Shown: positions 1-9,654, counted from the stretch's first letter. The stretch is 33,245 nt of DNA from Bdellovibrionia bacterium (GCA_049424145.1 JBMSSC010000013.1:1-33245); one strand, 5' to 3'. Numbers and translations: made by a program. Notes: generated by a model not told the origin, from the letters alone.

Positions 1-154
1 TTGAGGCGGAGAAGAAGTTCAGGACAATCAAAGGCTACAATCAAATTCCATCATTAATTAAAGAATTAAGTGAATTCAGCTTGAAAAATGACCTAAAGGT
101 AGCTTAAACAATGACCGCCCTCCTTTGAATCCTACCGAAAAAATGGACATGCTC
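1..154 (+). mobile_element. IS256-family element, 3' end (transposase C-terminus 3..107 and right inverted repeat 117..154)
   Basis: Frame 3 reads EAEKKFRTIKGYNQIPSL..* (IS256-type C-terminus); 117..154 is an ungapped 29/38 inverted match to 32689..32726, which precedes an IS256 N-terminus. Confidence 0.8.
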
Positions 155-155
155 C

Positions 156-334
156 AAAATGCGCCATCTCGTCAAGAACTTCTTTGCACGCCTGAAGCAT
201 TTTCACAGCATCGCGACGAGATTCGAGAAATTAGCACGAAACTTTAAATCTCTGGTCTACCTGGCCAGTTCAATGATCTGGATCCGCGTAGGAAAATAAA
301 TGGAGCGGTTAGTCAAATTCAAAACACGCCCTAG
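156..334 (+). pseudogene. IS5-family transposase C-terminal fragment and right end, truncated by the IS256 insertion
   Basis: KMRHLVKNFFARLKHFHSIATRFEKLARNF..IW..* (stop 297..299) matches the IS5/IS427-group C-terminal motif; ends AACACGCCCTAG. Confidence 0.75.
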
Positions 335-381
335 TATTTTCCAATAATAACTTATAGATAAATCGCTTGTTGTTCTGGTTC

Positions 382-465
382 GGGTAGTTATATATACCCA
401 AAATCAACATATATGGTTAGCCATAACTACCCATATATGTTGATTTTGGGTAGTTTTAAGTTACC
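382..465. promoter_or_regulatory. Three 18-bp palindromic operator-like boxes at 33-bp spacing upstream of the HTH gene
   Basis: GGGTAGTTATATATACCC (382-399), GGTTAGCCATAACTACCC (415-432), GGGTAGTTTTAAGTTACC (448-465); perfect 22-bp inverted repeat 395-416/431-452. Confidence 0.7.
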
Positions 466-473
466 ATATATTT

Positions 474-986
474 ATGAGGACCAATAGAAGGAACCTAAAA
501 GATCAGCGTATGATCATCGAGCGGAAGATCAAACCGTGGCTTGAAGTTAGGGGAGATCGTATGCCTCCGTCAGGTTGGCTGAAAGCCATCCGCGGTGCTC
601 TAGGCATCAATACCAGACAGCTCGCGGCGCGCCTCGGGGTTGATCATTCGGCAATACTGCAATTTGAGAAGAAAGAAGCTGCCGGCAAGGTTTCCTTGGA
701 GTCTCTGCAAAAGGTTGCACGCGCTATGCGGTGCCGCCTCGTCTACGCAGTCGTTCCAGAGGAATCATACTCAAGTTTAGAGGCAATCCTTGATGCTCAA
801 GCTCTTAACGCCGCAAAAGACATCGTTGAAAAAGTTGATCACACCATGCGTCTGGAACAGCAAGGAGTGAGTACTGAACAATCGAACGCTCACACCAAAG
901 AGATCGCACAACAACTGAAGGATTCGATGGACCCGGCACTCTGGAGCAGCCAAAAAGAAATCGTCCAACGGAAGAAGGGCAAATGA
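474..986 (+). CDS. Mobile mystery protein A (XRE-type HTH)
   Basis: PPSGWLKAIRGALG..QLAARLG..E..E..G.VSL.SL.KVA.AM.C.LVY and VDHTM.LE.Q motifs; ATGA-coupled to a Fic gene. Confidence 0.9.
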   Translation: MRTNRRNLKDQRMIIERKIKPWLEVRGDRMPPSGWLKAIRGALGINTRQLAARLGVDHSAILQFEKKEAAGKVSLESLQKVARAMRCRLVYAVVPEESYSSLEAILDAQALNAAKDIVEKVDHTMRLEQQGVSTEQSNAHTKEIAQQLKDSMDPALWSSQKEIVQRKKGK

Positions 987-1585
987 CCCAACTTCAAATA
1001 ACATATCCACCAGGAGCCACGCCCCTCGATCCCGACGAACTTGCTGGGCTCATTCCAGACTACATAACGACCCAGGGTGAACTTAATGAGCTAGAGCAGA
1101 AGAATATCGAGCAAGCAGTAATTTGGTTACGAAGGCGACGCCCCAGCGATCCTCTGGATCTTGGCTTCATCTACGAACTCCACAAGCAGATGTTTAACCA
1201 AGTTTGGAAGTGGGCTGGAAAAACCCGGACATCAGAAAAAAACATCGGAATAAACTGGCATCAGATTTCAACACAAGTGGCGGAACTCTCGGCGAACACC
1301 AAGTATCTACTTGAACATAAGAGATATTCGCTCGATGAGATCGCAGCACGCTTTCATCATCGACTAGTTCAGATTCACCTATTCTCTAATGGGAATGGCC
1401 GCCATGCGCGCCTCATCACAGACCTCCTCATAGAAAGCAACGGAAGTACGGCATTCACCTGGGGGAAGGGCAAGGGCTCCGCCCACATGGAGACGGAAGG
1501 CCCCCGGCGCGACGAATATATTGCAGCCCTCAAAGAGGCTGATCAGAACAGCTTTGAATTGCTCTTAGCGTTTGTCCGCAGCTAG
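983..1585 (+). CDS. Mobile mystery protein B (Fic/DOC family)
   Basis: N-terminal GATPLDPDEL.GLIP..IT...ELNELEQ.NI; Fic motif HLFSNGNGRHAR. Confidence 0.92.
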   Translation: MTQLQITYPPGATPLDPDELAGLIPDYITTQGELNELEQKNIEQAVIWLRRRRPSDPLDLGFIYELHKQMFNQVWKWAGKTRTSEKNIGINWHQISTQVAELSANTKYLLEHKRYSLDEIAARFHHRLVQIHLFSNGNGRHARLITDLLIESNGSTAFTWGKGKGSAHMETEGPRRDEYIAALKEADQNSFELLLAFVRS

Positions 1586-1856
1586 GTGTAGTGCTCCGTA
1601 GTTACTTTCAAAATCCAAGCTAATATTATTCAGGAATTAATTCTTACCACCGTCTCCACCATATTCCGTGAATTGCAAAAAGCCTTTAACCGGGCCTTTT
1701 CTTTTTTGAAATTCCCAATCACATTAAGCAACGTCATCGTGAAATAATCTATTAATTTCAAATTTTAAATTTTTTTGATACCAAAAAAATTCTTGTCCCA
1801 AATACCTCTGATTTATCGTGAGCGCTTCATAAACCCTCCTGGAAAGTAAAAGAGTA

Positions 1857-2538
1857 GTTGATGTGCCAGCCTACTCCACGCTCTGCCGACGGATGGGGAA
1901 CCTCATCCTCCCCTTGAGTAGAGACTTGGCGGGTAAGAAGGATGTTCATGTTGTAGTGGATTCAACTGGTCTGAAAATATTTGGAGAGGGAGAATGGAAG
2001 GTGAGGACTCATGGTCATTCGAAGCGGCGAACTTGGAGGAAGCTTCATTTGGCCGTGGACGAAAGCGACAACCAGATTCTGGCAGTAGTCTTGACGACCA
2101 ACGACTTTAAGGATAACGAAGTACTGCCTGATTTAATGGAACAACTTGATTGATCTCAAGTTAAACAAGTAACTAGGGATAGGGCTTACGACGATAAGAA
2201 ATGCTTTAATTGGGCTGAGAAAAATCAAATTCAAGGAACATTTCCTCCAAGAAGAGGGGCTAAGGTTGAAAATCATGGCAATAAAAATTCAGCTCCCAAG
2301 CTCAGGGATCGTTTTATAAGAAGAATCTGAGAAATTGGGCGAAAGAGATGGAAGAAGAAAAGCGGGTATCATCGAAGAAGTCTTGCTGAAACAGCCATGT
2401 TCAGATTTAAAATCCTTCTCGGAGAAAAGCTGAGATCAAGAAAATTTGTAAATCAATGGATCGAAGTGCTCACGAAGGTAAACATTCTCAATCGCATGAA
2501 AACTCCCGAGTATTGCTCCTAGCCTATGCAACAAAGCC
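1857..2538 (+). pseudogene. IS5-family (IS903 group) transposase remnant with right IR
   Basis: VPAYSTLCRR, DSTGLKIFGEGEW, RRTWRKLHLAVD, GYHRRSLAETAMFRFK; 5' truncated; in-frame TGA at 2151 and 2328, final TAG 2520-2522; IR TATGCAACAAAGCC 2525-2538 resembles the IS903 end. Confidence 0.88.
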
Positions 2539-2754
2539 ATTGGAAGGAACAATTGGATGTTCTCAGATACCCCAGATGGAGCGAGAGCCAGCAGTTTTCT
2601 TTATAGCCTTGCTGTGACGGCTTACTTAAATGAAGTCAACCCTTACAAAGCGTTTGAGACACTATTTAAAGACCTTCCTAAGGCAAAAGTAATCGAAGAC
2701 TATGGGAGCCTGACAGACTTCATTTTATCAGGAATTTTGCTTTCTGAAAAATAG
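2539..2754 (+). pseudogene. tnpC: IS66 transposase C-terminal fragment
   Basis: IGRNNWMFSDTPDGARASSFLYSL..TA.LN.VNP, the typical IS66 TnpC tail. Confidence 0.85.
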
Positions 2755-2950
2755 GGTTCATGAAGCGCTCACGCTATTTCGTCCAAATAAGAGTGTGGCC
2801 GAATTGAGGACGTCTGGGGCTTTCAGAGACTCGCGGAAGAGAACTACTAAACGGAATTAATTGGAATTTGAAAACAAAAAAATTGAATAGAAAAAAAAAT
2901 CCAATCTCCTTCGGATTTTCTGAAATAATTGCGCCCCTCCACCCTACGCC

Positions 2951-2987
2951 TGTCAAAATTGACAAAACAGACCACGAGCTATAGGGT
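2951..2987 (+). promoter_or_regulatory. Candidate sigma70 promoter with palindrome over the -35
   Basis: TTGACA (2959-2964), 17 nt, TAGGGT (2982-2987); TGTCA-AAAT-TGACA palindrome 2951-2964. Confidence 0.45.
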
Positions 2988-3138
2988 GCTAGGGCTCAAG
3001 TAGGTAACTGCAATAGAACGAAACTCATGGCGGAGCAATCCTCTTTCTCAGCTAAGATGGCCAGATCAAGCTCTACGGCGAACACTAACTGGTAAGGAAA
3101 GCCCACAGAAAGGTCAACCAAGCAGAAAGGATCAAAAG

Positions 3139-3597
3139 ATGAATCAAGAACTCCCTTACGAAGCAGAATTGCTCGAGCGGGCAATGACAACACCTATTGA
3201 AATTATTTCAACCGATCACAATGAAAACCTTGACCACATGAAAATCGTCTGCAGAATCAATGAAGATGATGTAGATACTTCAGCGTTTGGTCTAATTTAT
3301 ACACTCTCGTGTCTTTCTTTCCTCGATGCTCGCCCAGCAGGAGCATAGACGGTGCATTACCAAGACGAAGGTGCCTGGTGGGCGATCGATATGTTGCGAT
3401 GCCTTCGATTTCAATTTGGCCAGCTTTCCTTCGACGCGGACTACGAACGCGGGCGAAGAATGAAAACGATGATTCGAGTCGCTCAGGACGGGAAACTCAC
3501 TCTGGACACCAGTGGGCGTGGATCATCGGCTTCGCGGTGGATTGCTTCAATTCAGGGGAAGAAAGTTCTCTCTGTTATTCAAGGAGGAGGGAATTGA
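3139..3597 (+). pseudogene. Hypothetical protein (about 152 codons) interrupted by one in-frame TAG at 3346-3348
   Basis: ORFs 3139..3348 and 3352..3597 share a frame; AAAGGA RBS before the ATG; final stop overlaps the start of the next gene (TTGA). Confidence 0.65.
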
Positions 3598-5456
3598 GCA
3601 AAAAACCACTCTCTCAAGTCATAACTCGACAAACGCTTAAGCTTCTTGCCGGAGGTCGCTCCTTTTCCCGTGGAGAAGAATACTTTAGGGATAGACTTGT
3701 TGCATCTTTGGCAATCGACGGAGATCGCGCCACAGCTCAAGTTCACGGATCACGGACCTATAAGTGTCAACTCAAAACCAGTGGAGAAAGTCTCCAGGGG
3801 CATTGCACATGCCCTGCGTTCGACGATGATTGCTTTTGTAAGCACCTGGTGGCCGTAGGACTTGCAATCATTGAGGCCCCCAAAAGTAGAGAACCCATTG
3901 AGCTCGACATTCGTGACGAAGTCCGCCCTCCCCACGAACGCAATCGACGAAACTCTCAGCGGCTCAGACATGAGGCAGTATCCATTCAGGAAATTCGCGA
4001 CTATCTCTCGAATGTGAGCCGAGAAAAACTGATTGAGACCCTAATCAATCAAGCCATGAACGATACGGTACTTCTTCGCTCTCTTAGGCTTGAAATTCTC
4101 AATAACCGCACTAACGAGATAGAAACAGAAAGGCATAAGAACCCAAAGAAGCTCATCGAATCGATTAAAGTCGCAATTGATCAAGGCGTGGAGATCGAAT
4201 GTAATCACGATGAGTGGCCCGATGAATACGAAACAGCTCCACCACTGCAAGAGCTCACTAAAAAAATCAAGAGACTTTTAAAAGATGGAATGGCCGCTGA
4301 GATTGTAGAACTTACCGAATATTTCATCGCTGCCGTTGAGCCCATCATTGAACGATTCCACGAAGGCCATCTCCTTTATGAGCTCCTTGAGGAGTTGCAA
4401 AGTATCCACCTAAAAGCATGCAAAATAGCCAAACCCGACCCAGAAGCCCTTGCAAGGCGTCTTTTTCGCTGGGAATTGAGTTCTGGCTGGGGAGTTTTTG
4501 AAAACTCAGTATCCCACTATCAATCGATCCTTGGGAAAACAGGAATTGCCACCTACTCAAATCTTGCAAAAGTAGAATGGGATAAGCTCCCCCCGAAAAG
4601 GCAACGTACTTACTATGGCGATAATTTCGATCGACACAGGATCACCCGGATTATGGAAAATATTGCCAAACTTTCGGGAGATATCGAGTCCGAGGTTAAA
4701 GTTCTTCAGAAAAATCTTTCTAGTGGTTGGAATTACCTAAATATTGCCAAACTCTATGCCTCCCATAAAATTCAGGACAAGGCGATTGAATGGGCTGAAA
4801 ATGGATTGAAGGCCTTTCCTGATCGCCCAGACGGAAGACTCCGCGAGTTTCTCGCTAAAGAGTATCATCGTCTAAAACGCCACGATGAAGCTATGTTACT
4901 CATATGGGAAGAATTCATTGATCACCCGTCACTTGAGCGTTTAAAACAATTAAAGGAGAACGCTGACGTGATTGAAGATTGGTCCGCCTGGAGAAAAAAG
5001 GCAATTGATCACATTCAGTCTACGATTCAGAAGGTGAAAAGTGCGCGACAGAGTTCTAGCTCCTCAATGAGTTACTCATGGAATCATAGCTGCAGTAACT
5101 CGCTATTGGTTGAAATTTATCTATGGGAGAAGGATATCGACAGCGCATGGAAGCAAGCCAAAACAGGGGGCACCACTTCCCAACTCTGGTACGTGCTCGC
5201 CCAGAAGCGTGAAAAAGATCATCCAGGCGATGCAGCACACGCATACCAAAGCATTGTCGAAGAGGAAATCATTGGAGGAGGAAATGAATCCTATCGAGCA
5301 GCAATCAAACTCTTGACCAAAATTCAGTCCCTTCTTAAGGAAGAAAAGCGAGATCTAGAATTTCTCTCTTACCTCAAACGGGTACGAACTCAATTCAAAC
5401 CCAAGCGTAACTTCATCCGACTGTTGGATGCTAAATTTGGAGACCTGCTTGATTGA
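3594..5456 (+). CDS. SWIM zinc-finger protein with large helical C-terminal region
   Basis: SFSRGEEYF..ATAQVHGS..Y and CTCP..CFCKHLVAVGL (CxCxnCxH); start moved to TTG 3594 after GGAGGAGG RBS. Confidence 0.85.
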   Translation: MSKKPLSQVITRQTLKLLAGGRSFSRGEEYFRDRLVASLAIDGDRATAQVHGSRTYKCQLKTSGESLQGHCTCPAFDDDCFCKHLVAVGLAIIEAPKSREPIELDIRDEVRPPHERNRRNSQRLRHEAVSIQEIRDYLSNVSREKLIETLINQAMNDTVLLRSLRLEILNNRTNEIETERHKNPKKLIESIKVAIDQGVEIECNHDEWPDEYETAPPLQELTKKIKRLLKDGMAAEIVELTEYFIAAVEPIIERFHEGHLLYELLEELQSIHLKACKIAKPDPEALARRLFRWELSSGWGVFENSVSHYQSILGKTGIATYSNLAKVEWDKLPPKRQRTYYGDNFDRHRITRIMENIAKLSGDIESEVKVLQKNLSSGWNYLNIAKLYASHKIQDKAIEWAENGLKAFPDRPDGRLREFLAKEYHRLKRHDEAMLLIWEEFIDHPSLERLKQLKENADVIEDWSAWRKKAIDHIQSTIQKVKSARQSSSSSMSYSWNHSCSNSLLVEIYLWEKDIDSAWKQAKTGGTTSQLWYVLAQKREKDHPGDAAHAYQSIVEEEIIGGGNESYRAAIKLLTKIQSLLKEEKRDLEFLSYLKRVRTQFKPKRNFIRLLDAKFGDLLD

Positions 5457-5530
5457 TTCTTGCTTAAATGAAAAAGAACCAAATCGTGATCCACAACACA
5501 TCCGACTCTCATTTTTCTAACACCAACATT

Positions 5531-5775
5531 TTGACGTCCTACCCGCCCGAAGGAGACGGGGACTCCCTTAAGCGGATTTCGCCGCTTTTAGCGGTTCACG
5601 TCTAAATCGGAGCATGGTCTTTGCTGCGTTGATATCACGATCGTGATGAGGGCGAGATTCGCTACAAATCCATTCCCTTACTCCAAAGCCACTGAGTCCA
5701 CTTTGTCCGGTCTTCTTTAGACAGACTGAGCGGGAGCATTACGAGTTTTCGTAGAATAAAAATTCGTTAATTTTA
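5531..5775 (-). mobile_element. tnpB: IS200/IS605-family remnant: degenerate tnpB 3' end plus right end
   Basis: Minus strand reads CLKKTGQSGLSGFGVREWICSE...HDRDINAAKTML..* (stop 5568-5570), then GGAGTCCCCGTCTCCTTCGGGCGGGTAGGACGTCAA, an IS605-type right-end hairpin ending TCAA; left boundary approximate. Confidence 0.82.
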
Positions 5776-6203
5776 GATGGTTGTGTAGGATTTGTCATTT
5801 TTAAAGGACACAGCACTGAACCCACACCTTAGAATCGTTAAGCCAACTGACCGTTCCGTAAAAGAGTAATGGCGCAGAGCTACATACGCCTCTATTGACG
5901 AGGAAGTGGAAAAACTACCACACCAAGTAAAAGGGCAGAATCATGAGCAAGCCAGCCCAACCACTCGAGAAACTCTCAGGCTCTTTACTGCAGCCATTTT
6001 TGAGCAAGTCCTCATGAATTTAAGTGAAGCGGAGCTGCAACCAACTACCAGCGTGCGTCCCCAATTTATGAAAACCTAAAAAATCGCACCGACCATGGCT
6101 TGATTGGAGACTCCGCATTTTTGAGAATGACCTGAGTTCGGACCTAGGATTTTTCATTTGAAGTCTTGAAAAAATAGAAAAATTCAATTATTTTTGTTCT
6201 ACT

Positions 6204-6836
6204 TTGAATTTAGAGATTGAAATTGAACTCGAGAAAAAAATTTCTGAAATCGCATCAGCAGAAGATCCAGCACATGATCTTCTTCACTTCAAACGAGTGG
6301 TGAAACTCGCTAAAGTTATTTGCGAAAAAGAAAATGCAAAAGCTGAAGTCGTTATTCCCGCAGCATGGCTTCACGATTTTGTGATTGTGCCCAAGAATGA
6401 TCCTCGTAGGAATTTGGCTTCCAGATTATCCGCAGAACGAGCCATTACTTTTCTTAAAGAACTTGCTTATCCTGAGAAATATTTTGATGAAATTGCTCAT
6501 GCGATTGCTTCTCATAGTTTTAGTGCGAACATTGAGCCAAAAACCCTGGAGGCAAGGATTGTACAAGATTCCGATCGACTAGACGGGCTTGGGGCGATCG
6601 GGATTGCTCGATGTTTTGCTACGGCAGGACTATTAAAGAGACCTTTTTATTCAGAGTACGATCCATTCTGCAAAAAAAGAGCGATTGACGATCAGCAATT
6701 TACATTGGATCACTTCTACGCAAAGCTTTTTAAAACCGCTCAATCTTTAAAGACAGAGTCAGGACGCTCCGAGGGACTTCGAAGAGTTGAAGTCATGAAA
6801 AAATATTTAGATGAGCTCGCCTCTGAGATTCAGTAA
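6204..6836 (+). CDS. HD-domain phosphohydrolase (YedJ-like)
   Basis: DPAHDLLHFKRV, AAWLHD, HSFSA, QDSDRLDGLGAIGIAR, LDHFY.KL; TTG start uncertain. Confidence 0.9.
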   Translation: MNLEIEIELEKKISEIASAEDPAHDLLHFKRVVKLAKVICEKENAKAEVVIPAAWLHDFVIVPKNDPRRNLASRLSAERAITFLKELAYPEKYFDEIAHAIASHSFSANIEPKTLEARIVQDSDRLDGLGAIGIARCFATAGLLKRPFYSEYDPFCKKRAIDDQQFTLDHFYAKLFKTAQSLKTESGRSEGLRRVEVMKKYLDELASEIQ

Positions 6837-7184
6837 AGCCGATCACTCGAAAAACGGCGCCAGTTCCCATAGGCCTACTCTCACTTGTTTTGCTCTTCCT
6901 CGCGGTTCCACTGGGGCTTAGATTCAGGGATCCGTCCCACGGGATGAGAGGGACCTTAGGATCGGCTCAGGATTCTCACTCCAATGAGCCCAAAGAGGAG
7001 GCTTTGATACAGAAGTCCTTCGCAATGCGAGTCGTTCACGAATCCCCCAAGGAGGATCAGGGTGCCTGAAAAGCAGAGGGACACTTCCGTGACCTTCAGA
7101 CTTCCTCGGCTTTCATCCTCTGGGAGGCTTCGGAGGAAGGTTTCGGTTGAAATGGCCCACCCGACCTTGATATGACCCCTGTGC

Positions 7185-9161
7185 GTGATTCAAATCCAAT
7201 CAATTTCTAAGCAGTATGGATCGAAAGTCCTTTTTGAGAACGCTGAGGCCAACCTCAGCCATCGATCCAAGGTCGCCCTAGTAGGTCCTAATGGGGCGGG
7301 CAAGAGCACCTTGATCCAGATGATCCTTGGGGGTGAGGCCCCTGATTCGGGGCGTATAAGTCGCCTCGGGCATTTGTCGATCGGATACTTGGCCCAGGAG
7401 GTCCCAAAATTCAGTGACCAAACGGTTCTCACCGAGGTGATGCGCTTAGATGGACGCAGGGAGCTTCTTCTTCAAGAAAAAAAGGAGCTCGAGGCTTTTT
7501 TTGCCGAGCAGAGCCTCTCAGAAGACTCAGAGCGAATGGAACGGTATGGACGAGTGCTCGAGGAGCTTGAATGCTTGGATGAGTATCGACTCGAGTCTCG
7601 CGCCAAGGAGATTTTAGCGGGTTTGGGCTTTAGACCGGAAGACCAGAACCGATCCCTTCAGGAACTCAGTGGGGGATGGTTAATGAGGGTCGCTCTATGC
7701 CGAGTCCTCCTCATGGAGCCTGATCTGTTGATTCTCGATGAGCCAACCAACCACCTGGATCTTGAGTCTTTACTTTGGCTTGAGCAGTTTTTAATGGGTT
7801 TTCGGGGCGCAATCCTCATGGTGAGCCATGATCGGGACTTTTTAAATCGCATCGTTCATGAAGTTTGGGAAATTGACCAAAGAAAGCTCCGGAGTTATCG
7901 GGGAAACCTCGATGCTTACCAACTTCAAAAGCAGGAACGTCTGAAGGTTCTTTGGGCTCAATACGAAGCTGAGCAAGCGAAGATCGCTGATCTGGAGCGG
8001 TTTATCGAGCGATTTGGAGCGAAAGCGACCAAAGCCAGTCAGGCACAAAGCCGATTAAAGCAATTAGAAAAAATGGAGAGAATCGAACTCCCCGAGCAAC
8101 GCTCCTCTGTTCGCTTTCGATTCCCCCCTGCCCCGCACAGTGGCAAAGAAGTGGTGAGCGTGAGGAATGCATCGGTTCGTTTTGGGGAGAAGGTCGTTTT
8201 TACGAACTTAAACTGGGTCGTCACTCGAGGATCGCGGACAGCCATCGTGGGGGTTATTTGAGCTTGGAAGTCAACGCTCCTCAAACTCTTAAGCGTAGCG
8301 ACTCAGCCGAGCTCAGGAGAAGTCAAACTGGGCCATCAAGTCCAGGTCGGGTACTATGCTCAACTTCAGACAGAAAGTCTCAACCCCAATCAAACGATTC
8401 TTGAGGAATTGGAGCAGGTCGCACCTCACTTACCTGTCAGTCAAGTCAGAGGAATCGCTGGTGCATTTCTTTTTTCCGGAACCATGGTGGAGAAGAAATG
8501 CTCCATTCTCTCAGGAGGAGAAAAGGCCCGAGTCGCTCTGGCAAAGCTTTTGCTTTCTCCCTCAAACTTTTTAATTCTGGATGAACCAACTAACCACCTT
8601 GACCTTGAGTCGAAGGAGGTTCTGCTTGAGGCTTTAAGGAATTATGAAGGAACCCTGTGCATTGTTTCCCATGATCGTTCGTTTGTCTCCTCTTTGGTGA
8701 ACTCCGTTTTAGAGATTGAACTTGAAACGCAAGTCGGTCGTGGATCTCAGGTCCATCAGCTCTTAGGGGGTTACGAGGATTACCTTGAAAAGAAGACCAA
8801 GCTTCTTCAAACGTTAAAAACTGAGGCCCTCGTTCAAAAAAAGCAGCCTCAAGGCCAGTTGGTCGGCGGCACAAAGACGCCGACTCAATCCTCGGACTCG
8901 CCCCCTACTCGAGTTACTCCTTCGAATAATCAGAAAAAAGCCTGGGAGAAGGAGCAAGCCCAATTGGAGCAACGGATTGAGGAACTCGAGCAGGCTCAGG
9001 CCGAGCTGCATCGGATTTTGGCCGATGACGCACTTTACGAGGATCAGCCTAAGCTCCAAGGCATCCTAGAAAAACAAAGAACGATTGAAAAAGAACTGGG
9101 AACGAGCTTTTCTCGGTGGGAAGAACTCGGTCAGCTTTTAGCTGAGGTTCACTTAAGCTGA
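7185..9161 (+). pseudogene. ABC-F family ribosome-associated ATPase with in-frame TGA at 8259-8261 (pseudogene or sequence error)
   Basis: GPNGAGKST, LSGGW, two DEPTNHLD, LSGGEKAR, C-terminal coiled coil; ORFs 7185..8261 and 8409..9161 are in the same frame; second Walker A reads GVI*AWKST. Confidence 0.85.
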
Positions 9162-9298
9162 GTGTCTCCTCGATCGGATCTGTTGAGTTTAGCCTTTTTG
9201 TTTCAAATGATAACAAGTCCTTTTGGACTGGGCTGGTTACGCCCTGCCTAACGGCACCGGAAAGACGACATGGGTTTTGCATGGCCTGAATGATCACA

Positions 9299-9567
9299 GT
9301 CTTTTTCATCGTCCTGCCGTAGCAAAACCTCGAGCAATTCCGATCGCCCTAAGCCCATCCAGTTGACCAGAATCTTGTCCAATTTTTGCTTCCAGGGCTT
9401 GTGCGTCCAAGTTCGCTCTCAAGCTATGAGAAACAACGGGATGAACCATGCCCATCAAAATATTTTTCAGGACAAAAAAGTTCTTAAAGAAAACCGATTG
9501 CTGTTTCTGTGGGGCCTTGTGATGCACCATTTCGCCTAGGATCATCCTTGGGCACGATCACAAAATC
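9299..9567 (-). pseudogene. Decayed partial paralog of the HD phosphohydrolase
   Basis: DFVIVPKDDPRRN..FL*EL..PEKYFD/frameshift/..SHSLRAN...LEAKIGQDSGQLDGLRAIGIARGFATAG aligns to 6375..6642. Confidence 0.85.
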
Positions 9568-9621
9568 TTCAATTGAGCTCGAAAGACTTAGATCAATCCA
9601 GGAGGCGATCAAGGAGCGATC

Positions 9622-9654
9622 AAGGACCCGGTGAAAGCCTCACACCGGGCCCTT
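9622..9654 (-). terminator. GC-rich hairpin downstream of the SOUL gene
   Basis: Minus strand AAGGGCCCGGTG-9nt-CACCGGGTCCTT, 12-bp stem with one G-U; no clear U tract. Confidence 0.35.

Larger units (their letters stand above)
1818..2772 (+). mobile_element. Internally deleted IS66-family element (both terminal IRs retained)
   Basis: GTGAGCGCTTCATAAACCCT (1818-1837) and AGGGTTCATGAAGCGCTCAC (2753-2772), 19/20 inverted match; TnpC tail adjacent to right IR. Confidence 0.8.

Noticed and set aside
382..465. Mini CRISPR array (regularly spaced repeats)
   Set aside because: Boxes are 18 bp and degenerate, linkers are 15 bp and mirror each other, and no cas genes are present
1586..1610. Possible further IS end (TAGTGCTCCGTAGTTAC) after the Fic gene
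   Set aside because: No partner repeat or transposase found in the window
3309..3593. 95-aa N-terminal extension of the SWIM ORF
   Set aside because: Overlaps the upstream gene in another frame; strong RBS supports TTG 3594
5870..6079. About 70 open codons on the + strand (YASIDEEVEKL...)
   Set aside because: No start codon or recognisable motif; possibly gene debris
2151..8261. TGA recoding (in-frame TGAs at 2151, 2328, 8259)
   Set aside because: Many intact genes end in TGA with ATGA coupling, and the interrupted genes carry other damage
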